From a bacterium (GTDB lineage Bacteria > UBA8248), in assembly GCA_965204535.1 (NCBI GenBank), contig OZ241996.1, positions 1,056,001 through 1,120,000 of the forward strand: DNA of 64,000 nt. The letters run 5' to 3'. Below, in pieces: positions 1 to 9,882 of the stretch. Below the pieces are notes generated by a model. The model made no database searches and was not told the origin of the DNA. It worked only from the letters and a program-made list of their open reading frames with translations. Each line of letters begins with the position of its first letter. The first letter of the stretch is position 1. Position numbers and translations under genes: made by a program.

Positions 1-1104
1 TCGAACGCCGGTTCACTGACGGGAAGATACCTTTCAGGCTCGCTCGATATTCCCCGACCCAAACAGCGCCGCGTGCCGGGCGGGGATTGCATCTCCATCC
101 GAGGGGCGCGGCAGCACAATCTCAAGAACGTGGACGTCGATTTTCCGCTCGGCCTGCTCATCTGCGTTACCGGCGTGAGCGGCAGCGGCAAGAGCACGCT
201 GATCGACGAGATTCTCTATCGCGCGCTTTCACGGCGCATTTACCGCTCGCTCGCCACGCCCGGCGCGCACGATTCCATCGAGGGTGCCGAGCTCATCGAC
301 AAGGTCATCGCCATCGATCAGTCCCCCATCGGGCGGACGCCGAGGAGCAACCCGGCCACCTATACGGGCGTGTTCTCCCCGATTCGCAACCTCTTCTCCC
401 AGGTTCCCGAGTCCCGTAAGCGCGGCTATCTCGCCGGACGCTTCAGCTTCAACGTCAAGGGGGGGCGCTGCGAGACCTGCCAGGGAGACGGCTACATCCG
501 GCTCGAGATGCACTTCCTGCCCGATCTGTTCGTGCGCTGCTCGGAATGCCAGGGCAAACGCTTCAACCGCGACACGCTCGACGTCCGCTACAAGGGCCGC
601 AACATCGCCGAGGTGCTCGAAATGACGGTGGATGAGGCTCTGGCGTTTTTCGAGAACATCAACGCGGTGCGCTGGAAGTTGAAGACGATGCAGGACGTGG
701 GCCTGGGCTACCTGCGCCTGGGCCAGCCGGCCACGACGCTCAGCGGCGGAGAAGCCCAGCGCATCAAGCTCTCCAGGGAACTCGCCAAGAGGGCCACCGG
801 CCGGACGCTCTATATTCTCGATGAGCCGACCACGGGGCTTCACTTCGCCGACATCGAAAAGCTGCTGAACGTGCTGCATCGCCTGGTCGATCAGGGTAAT
901 ACCGTGGTTGTCATCGAGCACAACATCGACGTCATCAAGGCGGCCGACCACATCATCGACTTAGGGCCTGAAGGAGGGGAGGAGGGCGGTTATCTGCTCG
1001 CCGAAGGCCCGCCTGAGCGAATCGCCGGAATCGAGGCCTCCGCCACGGGCATTTCCCTGCGTGAAGCGCTGAACGGGACGCTTTCGAACGCACAGCCCGC
1101 CTGA
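1..1104 (+). CDS. uvrA: Excinuclease ABC subunit A, C-terminal part (5' end outside the window)
   Basis: Frame open from base 1 ([13 protein letters not shown]...). GARQHNLKN, Walker [25 protein letters not shown], Zn-finger [27 protein letters not shown]. Confidence 0.97.
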   Translation, partial: SNAGSLTGRYLSGSLDIPRPKQRRVPGGDCISIRGARQHNLKNVDVDFPLGLLICVTGVSGSGKSTLIDEILYRALSRRIYRSLATPGAHDSIEGAELIDKVIAIDQSPIGRTPRSNPATYTGVFSPIRNLFSQVPESRKRGYLAGRFSFNVKGGRCETCQGDGYIRLEMHFLPDLFVRCSECQGKRFNRDTLDVRYKGRNIAEVLEMTVDEALAFFENINAVRWKLKTMQDVGLGYLRLGQPATTLSGGEAQRIKLSRELAKRATGRTLYILDEPTTGLHFADIEKLLNVLHRLVDQGNTVVVIEHNIDVIKAADHIIDLGPEGGEEGGYLLAEGPPERIAGIEASATGISLREALNGTLSNAQPA

Positions 1105-1115
1105 CCTCCTTGCCG

Positions 1116-1916
1116 ATGAACGCCGAAGACACCCGCTGCCTCGTCCTGTGGATAGAATACGAGGGCACGAATTTTCACGGTTGGCAGACCCAGCCCGGCC
1201 AGAGGACCGTCCAGAGCGAAATAGAGGCCGCGCTTTTGAGGATGTGCGGCGAGCCGATACGGATCATCGGTTCGGGCCGCACCGACGCCGGCGTGCACGC
1301 CTGGGGGCAGGTGGCGCACTTTCATACGCGCTCTCGAATCGAGCCCTACAAGGTGCGAATAGGTCTCAACACCATGATGGGTCCCGACGTCTCGATTTTC
1401 GACTGCCGGGAAGCCGTGGGCGGTTTTCACGCCCAGTTCGACGCTGTTCGCAAGACCTACCGCTACCGGATCCTGAACCGCCGCTCACCGAGCGCCATCC
1501 GCCATCGATACACCTGGCACGTGCGAAAGCGCCTCGACGTCGAGGCGATGCGGCGGGCGGCGGCGATACTGGAGGGCGAGCATGATTTCGCCAGCTTCTG
1601 CCGGGAGAAGGGGAGGCCCGAGGACACCGTGCGCCGCTTGGAGCACCTGGGCGTGGAGCGCGCGGGTGATGAGGTGGTCATCGAGGCGACGGCGGAAGGG
1701 TTTCTGCGTCACATGGTGAGAAACCTGGCCGGCGTCCTCGTGGAGGTGGGCCGCGGGGAGCGCGAAGCCGATTCCGTGCGGGAGGTCCTCGCCGGCAGGG
1801 ACAGGACGCTGGCGGGCGTCAACGCGCCGCCCCAGGGGCTGGCGCTGCTCAGCGTGGACTATGGCGAGAAGCTGCCGCCCGAGTCCGCGCCGGGGCCCGA
1901 GGAAACCGACGCTTGA
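1116..1916 (+). CDS. truA: tRNA pseudouridine(38-40) synthase
   Basis: IEYEGTNFHGWQ, GSGRTDAGVHA (catalytic Asp), HDFASF, GFLRHMVR, APPQGL. Confidence 0.96.
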   Translation: MNAEDTRCLVLWIEYEGTNFHGWQTQPGQRTVQSEIEAALLRMCGEPIRIIGSGRTDAGVHAWGQVAHFHTRSRIEPYKVRIGLNTMMGPDVSIFDCREAVGGFHAQFDAVRKTYRYRILNRRSPSAIRHRYTWHVRKRLDVEAMRRAAAILEGEHDFASFCREKGRPEDTVRRLEHLGVERAGDEVVIEATAEGFLRHMVRNLAGVLVEVGRGEREADSVREVLAGRDRTLAGVNAPPQGLALLSVDYGEKLPPESAPGPEETDA

Positions 1917-1941
1917 CCAAATTTCCAAAAATTGGGTATCT
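1913..1941 (+). promoter_or_regulatory. Putative sigma70 promoter of the trp operon
   Basis: TTGACC-17 nt-TATCTT about 40 nt upstream of the leader ORF. Confidence 0.55.
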
Positions 1942-1980
1942 TCAATCCAGTTTTGAATTTTCTTTTTGAGGTAGCAGCGA

Positions 1981-2052
1981 ATGAGAGTTTATGAAAAATT
2001 AAGGGAGGCTTGGCCCTGGCGATGCTCCGCCAAATCTGGAGGTGCGCCATAA
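1981..2052 (+). CDS. trpL: trp operon leader peptide MRVYEKLREAWPWRCSAKSGGAP (not in the ORF track)
   Basis: GAGGT Shine-Dalgarno 8 nt before ATG; two Trp codons (TGG CCC TGG); lies between the promoter and a terminator hairpin upstream of trpE. Confidence 0.75.
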   Translation: MRVYEKLREAWPWRCSAKSGGAP

Positions 2053-2086
2053 GGGTTGTTGTCTGAATTTTTGAAAGTGAATCCCC

Positions 2087-2123
2087 AAGCCATGGCGGCC
2101 TGTTCGGTCCCGTGGCTTTTTTT
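2087..2123 (+). terminator. trp attenuator (intrinsic terminator, 3:4 stem)
   Basis: AAGCCATGG(C)GGCC-TGTTC-GGTCCCGTGGCTT pairs over 13 bp (2 G-U, 1 bulge) and runs into a T7 tract, 30 nt before the trpE ORF. Confidence 0.8.
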
Positions 2124-2152
2124 GATGGAGGATAGGCATCGGGCGTAAGACG

Positions 2153-3688
2153 ATGCCTCGAATGAAAATGAACCCGGAAAATCATTTGCCGGACAAAGAG
2201 ACTTTTCTCCGCCTCTGCGAGCGGGGCAACATCATTCCGGTCTATCGCGAGATACTTGCCGATCTCGATACGCCGGTGTCGGCCTACCTGAAAATCGCAG
2301 ACGGCTCCCATTCGTTTCTGCTCGAAAGCGTCGAGGGCGGGGAGAAATGGGCGAGGTACACCTTTTTGGGAAGCGAGCCTTACCTTATCTTCGAGAGCAA
2401 GGGGAGGCGGGTCCGCATCACGCAGGAGGGGGAGACCGAAGAATTTAGCGTGGACGACCCCATCGACGCTCTCAGGCAGCTGATTCAGCCCTACATCCCC
2501 GTCGACCTTCCCGGCCTGCCGAGGTTCTGGGGGGGCGCCATCGGCTACATGGGCTACGACGCGGTCCGCTTCATCGAGCGTTTGCCGGAGAATGCGCACG
2601 ACGATCTCGAACTGCCTGAACTGCATTTCATGATCACGAAGTCCCTGGTCATCTTCGACAACACCGCGCAGAAGATGTACGTCCTGGCCCATGCGCACTT
2701 GCGCGACGATGGCGCAGACGCCGCCTACGAGGATGCCTGCGCGCGCGTCGATGCGCTCATCGAAAAGCTGAGAGGCCCTTCCGTCGCCCCGCCCTATGCG
2801 CCGGAGGAAACGCCCCCCGGTGGCGGGAGTGGGCACCCCGTCGAGAACATGCCGGGTCTCTATTCGTCTTTCACGCGCGAGGGGTTCGAGAAGGTCGTCG
2901 CCGATACGGTGGAACTCATCCATTCAGGCGAGGCGATCCAGGTCGTGCTCTCACAACGTCTGGAGAGCGCTCTCGACGTGCACCCGTTCGCCATCTACCG
3001 GGCGCTTCGGACGGTCAATCCCTCTCCCTACATGTTCTATCTGGAACTCGGCGAGGTGACCCTCGTGGGCGCATCGCCCGAGGTGCTCGTGCGGCTGGAG
3101 GGGGAGCGGGTCGAGGTGCGCCCCATCGCCGGCACGCGCAGGCGCGGGGCGGATGAAGCGGAGGATCGGGCGCTGGCGGATGAGCTCCTCGCCGACGAGA
3201 AGGAGCGCGCCGAGCACATCATGCTCGTCGATCTCGGCCGCAACGACATCGGCCGCGTCTGCGAGCGCGGCACGGTGCGCGTCACCGAGCAGATGGTGAT
3301 CGAGCGCTACTCCCACGTCATGCACATCGTGAGCAACGTGGTCGGCGAGTTGGCCGAGGGCAAGGATGCGTTCGACGTGCTCAGGGCCTCTTTTCCGGCA
3401 GGCACCGTCTCGGGCGCGCCCAAGGTGCGCGCGATGGAGATCATCGACGAGATGGAGCCCGTGCGCCGGGGACCCTATTCGGGCGCGGTGGGGTATTTCG
3501 GCTTCGGCGGCAACATGGACACCTGCATCACCATCCGCACGCTCTACGCGCGCAGCGGCAGGCTCTACCTCCAGGTGGGAGCGGGCGTCGTGGCGGACTC
3601 GAAGCCCGGTTTCGAGTACGAGGAAACCATCAACAAGGCCCGGGGGTCACTGCGCGCGCTGGACGTGGCGCGCGGCGGCCTCCCCTAG
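2153..3688 (+). CDS. trpE: Anthranilate synthase component I (start may be 2162 or 2168)
   Basis: DLDTPVSAY, FLLESVEGGEKWARY, NPSPYMF, RPIAGTRRRG, KERAEHIMLVDLGRND, PAGTVSGAPKVRAM. Confidence 0.96.
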   Translation: MPRMKMNPENHLPDKETFLRLCERGNIIPVYREILADLDTPVSAYLKIADGSHSFLLESVEGGEKWARYTFLGSEPYLIFESKGRRVRITQEGETEEFSVDDPIDALRQLIQPYIPVDLPGLPRFWGGAIGYMGYDAVRFIERLPENAHDDLELPELHFMITKSLVIFDNTAQKMYVLAHAHLRDDGADAAYEDACARVDALIEKLRGPSVAPPYAPEETPPGGGSGHPVENMPGLYSSFTREGFEKVVADTVELIHSGEAIQVVLSQRLESALDVHPFAIYRALRTVNPSPYMFYLELGEVTLVGASPEVLVRLEGERVEVRPIAGTRRRGADEAEDRALADELLADEKERAEHIMLVDLGRNDIGRVCERGTVRVTEQMVIERYSHVMHIVSNVVGELAEGKDAFDVLRASFPAGTVSGAPKVRAMEIIDEMEPVRRGPYSGAVGYFGFGGNMDTCITIRTLYARSGRLYLQVGAGVVADSKPGFEYEETINKARGSLRALDVARGGLP

Positions 3689-3703
3689 GGCGGAGAACCC
3701 GAC

Positions 3704-4288
<585 letters not shown>

Positions 4289-4427
4289 GGGAATCCGCGC
4301 GGACGCGGTATGGTGGCCCCGAATCGGTGATAATCGCGCACATGATTTCGGGGCGGGCGTGCAGCGCAGGGACCGCTATTGAGCGGGAATGAATGAAGAC
4401 TCCACCACTTTATAAGGATTTACGCAC

Positions 4428-5438
4428 ATGATTCAGGAAGCCATCGGGAAGCTCGTGGAAGGCCGGCACTTGAGTGCGGATGAGGCGGAGAAGGTGATGG
4501 ACCTCATCATGACGGGCGAGGCCACCCAGGCCCAGATCGGGGCCTATCTCGTGGCGCTTCGCATGGCGGGGGAGACGCCGGAGGAAATCGCGGGCAGCGT
4601 CCGTTCCATGCGCGCCAGGGCGACGTGGGTGAAGACGAAACACCCCTTCGTCATCGACGTGGTGGGCACGGGCGGCGACGGCGCGCATACCTTCAACATC
4701 AGCACGAGCGCCGCCCTCGTCGTTGCGGCGGCGGGCCAGCCGGTGGCGAAACACGGCAACCGCGCGGTGTCGAGCAAATCGGGCGCCGCCGACGTCTTGA
4801 AGGCGCTGGGCGTGAACATCGAGGCCTCGCCTGAGAAGGTGGGCGAGTGCATCGACGAGGCGGGCGTGGGCTTTCTGTTCGCGCCCATGCTGCACGGCGC
4901 GATGAAGCACGCCATCGGCCCGAGGCGCGAGATCGCCATGCGGAGCATCTTCAACGTCATGGGGCCGCTCACCAACCCCGCCCGCGCCCAGAGCCAGTTG
5001 GTGGGCGTATACGCGCCCGAACTCACCGAGCTGGTGGCGGACGTGCTGCGCCAGGTGGGCTGCCGGAAGGCGCTGGTGGTGCACGGGTCGGACGGCATGG
5101 ACGAGTTGACGCTCACCGGCTCCTCGCGCGTATCGGAGTGGGACGGAAGCGAGATCAGCACGTATGACGTAACACCCGAGGACGCAGGATTAGACCGCGC
5201 CGAGGCAGATGCCTTGAAGGGCGGCGAGCCCGAGGAGAATGCCGATATCACGCGCGCTATTTTGGCGGGAGAGCAAGGCCCCAAGCGCGACATCGTGCTC
5301 TTGAACGCCGCCGCAGCCCTCATCGCCGCGGACAGAGCGGGGGACTTGAGAGAGGGCGTCGGGCAGGCGGCCTCGGCGATAGATTCTGGCGGGGCGGCCA
5401 AGGTGCTGGCGCGTCTCGTGGAGGTGTCCAATTCCTGA
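4428..5438 (+). CDS. trpD: Anthranilate phosphoribosyltransferase
   Basis: DVVGTGGDG, FNIST, KHGNRAVSSKSGAADVL, FNVMGPLTNP, GMDE. Confidence 0.97.
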   Translation: MIQEAIGKLVEGRHLSADEAEKVMDLIMTGEATQAQIGAYLVALRMAGETPEEIAGSVRSMRARATWVKTKHPFVIDVVGTGGDGAHTFNISTSAALVVAAAGQPVAKHGNRAVSSKSGAADVLKALGVNIEASPEKVGECIDEAGVGFLFAPMLHGAMKHAIGPRREIAMRSIFNVMGPLTNPARAQSQLVGVYAPELTELVADVLRQVGCRKALVVHGSDGMDELTLTGSSRVSEWDGSEISTYDVTPEDAGLDRAEADALKGGEPEENADITRAILAGEQGPKRDIVLLNAAAALIAADRAGDLREGVGQAASAIDSGGAAKVLARLVEVSNS

Positions 5439-5457
5439 GCGGGGCGGGGAGCGGCTT

Positions 5458-5629
5458 GGAGTTGTTGAAAAAGCCCCCTGACAAAGGCGAGGGGTGGTTT
5501 TGAGGGGTGAGGGTTTTGTAGGGGTCGCATACATGCGACCCGGCCTTTTTTCCGATCATGGGCCGCATATATGCGGCCCCTACACTGCAATTGGCAACCC
5601 GACCCAAAAGAGACTTTTTCAACAAGCCC
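5458..5629. mobile_element. 172-bp non-autonomous MITE-like element carrying a REP doublet
   Basis: Imperfect TIRs GGAGTTGTTGAAAAAGCCC (5458-5476) and AGACTTTTTCAACAAGCCC (5611-5629), 15/19 complementary; flanked by direct repeat GGCTT (5453-5457, 5630-5634). Confidence 0.75.
5518..5583. repeat. GTAG-family REP doublet (REPIN-like)
   Basis: GTAGGGGTCGCATACATGCGACCC (5518-5541) and inverted partner GGGCCGCATATATGCGGCCCCTAC (5560-5583); both arms match 58200-58266 exactly in reverse complement. Confidence 0.85.
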
Positions 5630-5676
5630 GGCTTCGCTGGCCTATGGGTTGTCGTTTCTGCTGGGAGTATGAAATT

Positions 5677-6516
5677 TTGACGATTGCGACGCATACGGTT
5701 CTGGATAAGCTTGTGGAAGGCGTCCGCGAGGACATCGCCTCGGACAAGAGAAGGCGTTCCGAAGCCGACCTCAAGTCGATGGCGAAGGATGCGCCGCCGG
5801 CGCTCGATTTCGCCGGCGCGCTGAGAAAGCCCGATTCGGGCGAGGATGCGGATGGCGGCCGGATGCGCGTCATCGCCGAGGTGAAGCAGGCCTCTCCCTC
5901 CCAAGGGCAGATAGCCGAGACTTTCGAGCCGGCTGAAATCGCCAAGGTATATGAAGAAGGAGGCGCCGCCGCCGTCTCGGTGCTCACCGAGCGGAGGCGC
6001 TTTCTCGGCGAAATGGCGCATTTAGAACACGTGCGCGAGGCCGTGGCTCTCCCTGTTCTCAGAAAAGAGTTCATCTTCACCGAATACCAGATATGGGAAG
6101 CCCGTGCGGGCGGGGCGGACGCCGTCTTGCTCATCGCGGCCATCCTCGAGACGGCGCAGATGGAGGATTTGCGCGCTCTCTCTGAAGAACTGGGCATGGA
6201 CGCGCTCGTGGAGGTGTATGAAGAGGAAGAACTCGGGCGCGCCCTCGCGGCGGGGACCCGCGTGCTCGGCGTGAACAACCGGAACTTGAAGACCTTCGAG
6301 GTCGATACGGATCACACCGCCCGCGTGTTCGGGCGGCTCACGCCCGCGCAGAGAGAATCGCTCGTCCTGGTTTCAGAGAGCGGGATATTCGGCTGGGAGG
6401 AGGTGGCCCCGCTGGTGGACGAGGGAGTGGACGCCATCCTCGTCGGTGAGGCGCTCATGCGCGCGCCCGACACCGGAGCGTTGCTCCGCGAGTTGCGGGG
6501 CATCGGAGTCGAATAA
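5677..6516 (+). CDS. trpC: Indole-3-glycerol phosphate synthase (TTG start inferred; the ORF-track extension to 5494 runs through the repeat)
   Basis: IAEVKQASPSQG, SVLTE, LRKEF, GADAVLLI, GVNNRNL, SESGI, LVGEALM; GGGAG RBS 9 nt before TTG. Confidence 0.95.
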   Translation: MTIATHTVLDKLVEGVREDIASDKRRRSEADLKSMAKDAPPALDFAGALRKPDSGEDADGGRMRVIAEVKQASPSQGQIAETFEPAEIAKVYEEGGAAAVSVLTERRRFLGEMAHLEHVREAVALPVLRKEFIFTEYQIWEARAGGADAVLLIAAILETAQMEDLRALSEELGMDALVEVYEEEELGRALAAGTRVLGVNNRNLKTFEVDTDHTARVFGRLTPAQRESLVLVSESGIFGWEEVAPLVDEGVDAILVGEALMRAPDTGALLRELRGIGVE

Positions 6517-6606
6517 CGGAAAACGTCCGGCGACGGACTCACCGTAAGGTATTGAATGTTTTAGATAAATCTGAGTTCCGTGCTATAGCCTGGAGGGGAA
6601 ACCTGC

Positions 6607-7497
6607 ATGTACGAAGAGATTGTTTACTACAGCGACGGCCTCAAAATCGCATCCCACCTCTATATGCCGAAAGACTGGCAAGTGGGCGACCCCGCCAGAC
6701 CCGCCATCATCTGCCTGCACGGCTACAGCGGGATGAAGGAGGTCTACGGGATGGACGTGCCCAGACGCCTTTGGGAGGAGGGCTACTTCATCCTGGCGCC
6801 CGATCACCGCGGCTTCGGCAAGAGCGAGGGCGAACGCGGCCGCCAGCGGCCCCTCGAGCAGGCGCAGGACACCTACGACGCCATCTCCTACATGGAGACG
6901 GTCGAGGGCGTGGACCCCGAGCGAATCGGCATTTTCGGCACGAGCTTCGGCGGGGCGAACGCCATCTGGGTGGCGGCCTTCGATGAGCGCGTGAAGGTGG
7001 TGGTCTCCTCCGTGGGGGTGCACGAGGGAGAGCGCTGGATGCGCTCGGTGCGGAGGCCGCACGAGTGGGATTCGTTCCAGAAGACGGTCATGGCGGCCGC
7101 CCGAAAGCGCGTCACCACCGGCGAGCCGACCACCATGCCGCTGCCCGAGATCATGCTCTGCGACCCCCATACGCTCCAGGTCATCCAGGAGAACCACCAG
7201 AAACACGGCGACTACGTGAAGGACTATGATCTGCAAAGCGCGGAAGCCTGCTGGCGCTACAAGCCCGAGTGGGTGGCCGACAGGATCGCCCCGCGCCCCG
7301 TCATGTTCATCTACTCGGAAAACGATTTCCTCGTGCCCGTACAGGAGCAAATCAGTTGCTACGAAGCCTGCGGAGAGCCCAAGAAGATCGTCAAGCTCCC
7401 CGGCGCGCAGCATTACGAGTCCTATTATTTCTGCAGCCCCGAACACCACGAGATCGGCATGGTTGAGGCGATTGAGTGGTTCAGGAAGTATTTGTGA
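6607..7497 (+). CDS. Alpha/beta fold hydrolase
   Basis: HGYSG oxyanion motif, DHRGFGKSEG, nucleophile elbow GTSFGG, C-terminal His in PGAQHY; GGAGG RBS. Confidence 0.85.
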   Translation: MYEEIVYYSDGLKIASHLYMPKDWQVGDPARPAIICLHGYSGMKEVYGMDVPRRLWEEGYFILAPDHRGFGKSEGERGRQRPLEQAQDTYDAISYMETVEGVDPERIGIFGTSFGGANAIWVAAFDERVKVVVSSVGVHEGERWMRSVRRPHEWDSFQKTVMAAARKRVTTGEPTTMPLPEIMLCDPHTLQVIQENHQKHGDYVKDYDLQSAEACWRYKPEWVADRIAPRPVMFIYSENDFLVPVQEQISCYEACGEPKKIVKLPGAQHYESYYFCSPEHHEIGMVEAIEWFRKYL

Positions 7498-7776
7498 CGC
7501 TTGAACCGGTGGCCTGAATGCCGGGGGCGACATCTTGGAAGGGCTTTAGGAAAAAATGGCAGCCTGGTTGGAGAAGGAAATGGAAGATATCTTTCGAGAC
7601 GCACCAGGTGAATCTTGAATTACAAATTATCCGGCAAAACGAGGATACATGAATGAATTTTTCAATCGGACTTTTCAGGGCCAGCTTGGTGGGATTTTGC
7701 TGAGTTTGTGCTCCTGTTCGTAATGCGTATTATGTTCAATAATCCCGCCTTCCCCTCATGAGAGCCGTTATCTTCA

Positions 7777-9099
7777 ATGACCAGGCAACTTCACCTCAAT
7801 TTGTTCATCCAGTCCCGGGGCCACCACGAAGCAGCCTGGAACCATCCCGATTCTTCGACAGCCTCACTTACCGATGTGAACTACTATGTCGATTTGGCCC
7901 AACGTGCGGAGACGGCGCTTTTTGATTCGATCTTTTTCGCCGATTCACTGATGTTGACACCGGATGCGCCGCGGTCCGGGCGACTCTGGCTTGAACCAAT
8001 CACTTTATTGGCGGCGCTCGCCGTCGCAACCGAGCGGATCGGGCTGATCGCGACGGGGTCGAGCACATATACCGAGGCCTTCAACCTTGCGCGGCAGTTC
8101 AGCTCGATTGACCACATCAGCAATGGCCGCGCCGGTTGGAATATCGTCACTACCTGGATGGCGAAGGTCGCGCGCAATTACGGTGATGCGGGGCAGGATA
8201 GCCATGCGGACCGCTACCTGATGGCCGAGGAATTTGTCCAGGTCGTCAAAGATTTGTGGGACAGCTGGGCCGATGACGCCGTGGTTGATGATCGCAGCGG
8301 CGGCGTCTACGCCAATAGTGAGCGAATTCGTCCAATCGACTTTAGCGGCAAGTATTACAGCGTTGCGGGGCCGCTGACCCTGCCGCGCAGTCCGCAGGGG
8401 CGACCGGTGCTGGTGCAGGCGGGATCGTCGGATGCCGGACGTGATTTTGCTTCGCGTCACGCCGAGGCGGTATTTACAGCCCACCTCGAAAAGGCGACGG
8501 TGCAGAAGTTTTACACGGATATCAAGAAGCGAGCGGTTGCGGCAGGTCGTGATGCAAACCAAATCCTGATTCTGCCTGGACTGAGCCCGATGATTGCGTC
8601 GACCGAGACCGAAGCAAAACGGATGGAACAGGATCTCAACGAGAGTACGGACCCGGAGAGCGGTCGCCGTACTCTCTCTTCACGGTTCGACGGACATGAT
8701 TTCTCGCATTTGCCGCTCGACCGGCCGCTGACGCCGGACGATTTCCCTCCACCCTCCAGTGTCGAAACCATGCGTAGCCGGTCCGAGTTGGTCGTCAATC
8801 TCGTGCGCAACGAAGGCCTTACATTGCGCCAGCTTCTGGCCCGTTTTGCCGGTGCTCGCGGCCATTTTACTTTCGCCGGCACGCCCGAACAGGTTGCTGA
8901 TTTGATTGAGGACTGGTTCCACGATGGCGCCGCCGATGGTTTCAATGTGATGCCGCCGCTTTTTCCCACGATGCTGGACGTTTTTGCGGAAGAGGTGATT
9001 CCGATTCTTCAGCGTCGCGGGCTCTTCCGGACGGAATATAAAGGCAAGACGTTGCGGGAACACTACGGGCTCGATCGACCCGCAGGACGGTTCTGGTAG
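7777..9099 (+). CDS. LLM-class flavin-dependent monooxygenase (NtaA/SnaA/DszA-like)
   Basis: LHLNLF..GHHEAAW, FDSIFFAD, LEPITLLAALA, SNGRAGWNIVT, SPQGRPVLVQAGSS, GTPEQVAD, DGFN, EYKGKTLREHYGL. Confidence 0.9.
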   Translation: MTRQLHLNLFIQSRGHHEAAWNHPDSSTASLTDVNYYVDLAQRAETALFDSIFFADSLMLTPDAPRSGRLWLEPITLLAALAVATERIGLIATGSSTYTEAFNLARQFSSIDHISNGRAGWNIVTTWMAKVARNYGDAGQDSHADRYLMAEEFVQVVKDLWDSWADDAVVDDRSGGVYANSERIRPIDFSGKYYSVAGPLTLPRSPQGRPVLVQAGSSDAGRDFASRHAEAVFTAHLEKATVQKFYTDIKKRAVAAGRDANQILILPGLSPMIASTETEAKRMEQDLNESTDPESGRRTLSSRFDGHDFSHLPLDRPLTPDDFPPPSSVETMRSRSELVVNLVRNEGLTLRQLLARFAGARGHFTFAGTPEQVADLIEDWFHDGAADGFNVMPPLFPTMLDVFAEEVIPILQRRGLFRTEYKGKTLREHYGLDRPAGRFW

Positions 9100-9366
9100 A
9101 TGAAAAGACGCGGAATTTTGGGGCGAAGAAACCACCTGAAACAAAACACGTCGGAGTAAATACTGTTGTTTCACCATTATATTCTGGCTAACGAAAGATT
9201 TGTGGAATGCGATCATTAAGGGGGCCGCAGAACAGCCCTGATTTCGTGATTCGGTGTATGAAGCCGACCGGGGAGTAGACGCCACTCTCCCTCTTGCAGA
9301 GCGCCAACCAATCACTCCCCCCTTGAGGGGGTTGCTGGAAAAGTCCCTCATTGGCCGGTTCGATTC

Positions 9367-9451
9367 GTAGGGACAACCCCTCATCGGGGTTGCCTGCCCT
9401 CCGTGGTTGTCCTTTGTCGGGTATCGGACAGGCACAGAGGCCTGTCAATAC
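9367..9451. repeat. Degenerate GTAG-family REP pair
   Basis: GTAGGGACAACC...GGTTGTCC followed by inverted GGACAGGCACAGAGGCCTGTCAATAC. Confidence 0.55.
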
Positions 9452-9511
9452 GGAAGCCGTACGACGCCGTGATTTCGCAACGGCGGCGTCCGCCCGCCTT
9501 TTGCTTTTGGT

Positions 9512-9718
9512 CGTCATTCCGGCGAAAGCCGGAATCCATTTTCGCCTTTCGTCTTTGATCGTTTTCCGGCGTTAGCCCCGACCGGGGCGGGAGAGAATGC
9601 GGGGTCTGGAGCCGATGAAGGCGGATACGTTCAGGCGTTTGATTCCGTCTTTGTCCGAGCATGAATCAATGCGAAAAGCAAAAAGTCAAAATGGATTCCG
9701 GCTTTCGCCGGAATGACG
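9512..9718. repeat. CGTC-family REP doublet
   Basis: Perfect 31-bp inverted repeat CGTCATTCCGGCGAAAGCCGGAATCCATTTT (9512-9542 and 9688-9718); each arm is itself a GAAA-loop hairpin. Confidence 0.88.
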
Positions 9719-9882
9719 GCGGTGGTCAATTCCGACCGAGGAGGACTATTTCAACAGCCCCTTGAGGGTCGGGCTTCCCGAGAGGAAAACCCGATAGTCA
9801 GCCAATGGTGTAAGCCCGCAAGCGAACTGGTGGGGAGAGTATTTTGTTTGTCGAGAACCTATTCTCTTTAGAACCGCCCCCC

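Larger units (their letters stand above)
9328..9761. mobile_element. 434-bp non-autonomous MITE-like element with GTAG and CGTC REP cargo
   Basis: TIRs GGGGTTGCTGGAAAAGTCC (9328-9346) and GGACTATTTCAACAGCCCC (9743-9761), 15/19; direct repeat TTGAG at 9323-9327 and 9762-9766; TIRs related to those at 5458-5629. Confidence 0.75.

Noticed and set aside
5494-5676. 61-aa N-terminal extension of TrpC in the ORF track
   Set aside because: It is read-through of the MITE/REP element; a TTG with RBS at 5677 gives a normal-length TrpC.
7688-7749. Imperfect inverted repeat upstream of the monooxygenase as a third MITE
   Set aside because: The ends do not match the TIR consensus and no target duplication is evident.
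9188-9662. Short ORFs of 74-109 aa in the monooxygenase-enolase spacer
   Set aside because: Translations of REP palindromes (e.g. VIPAKAGIH, MDSGFRRND); no transposase motifs.
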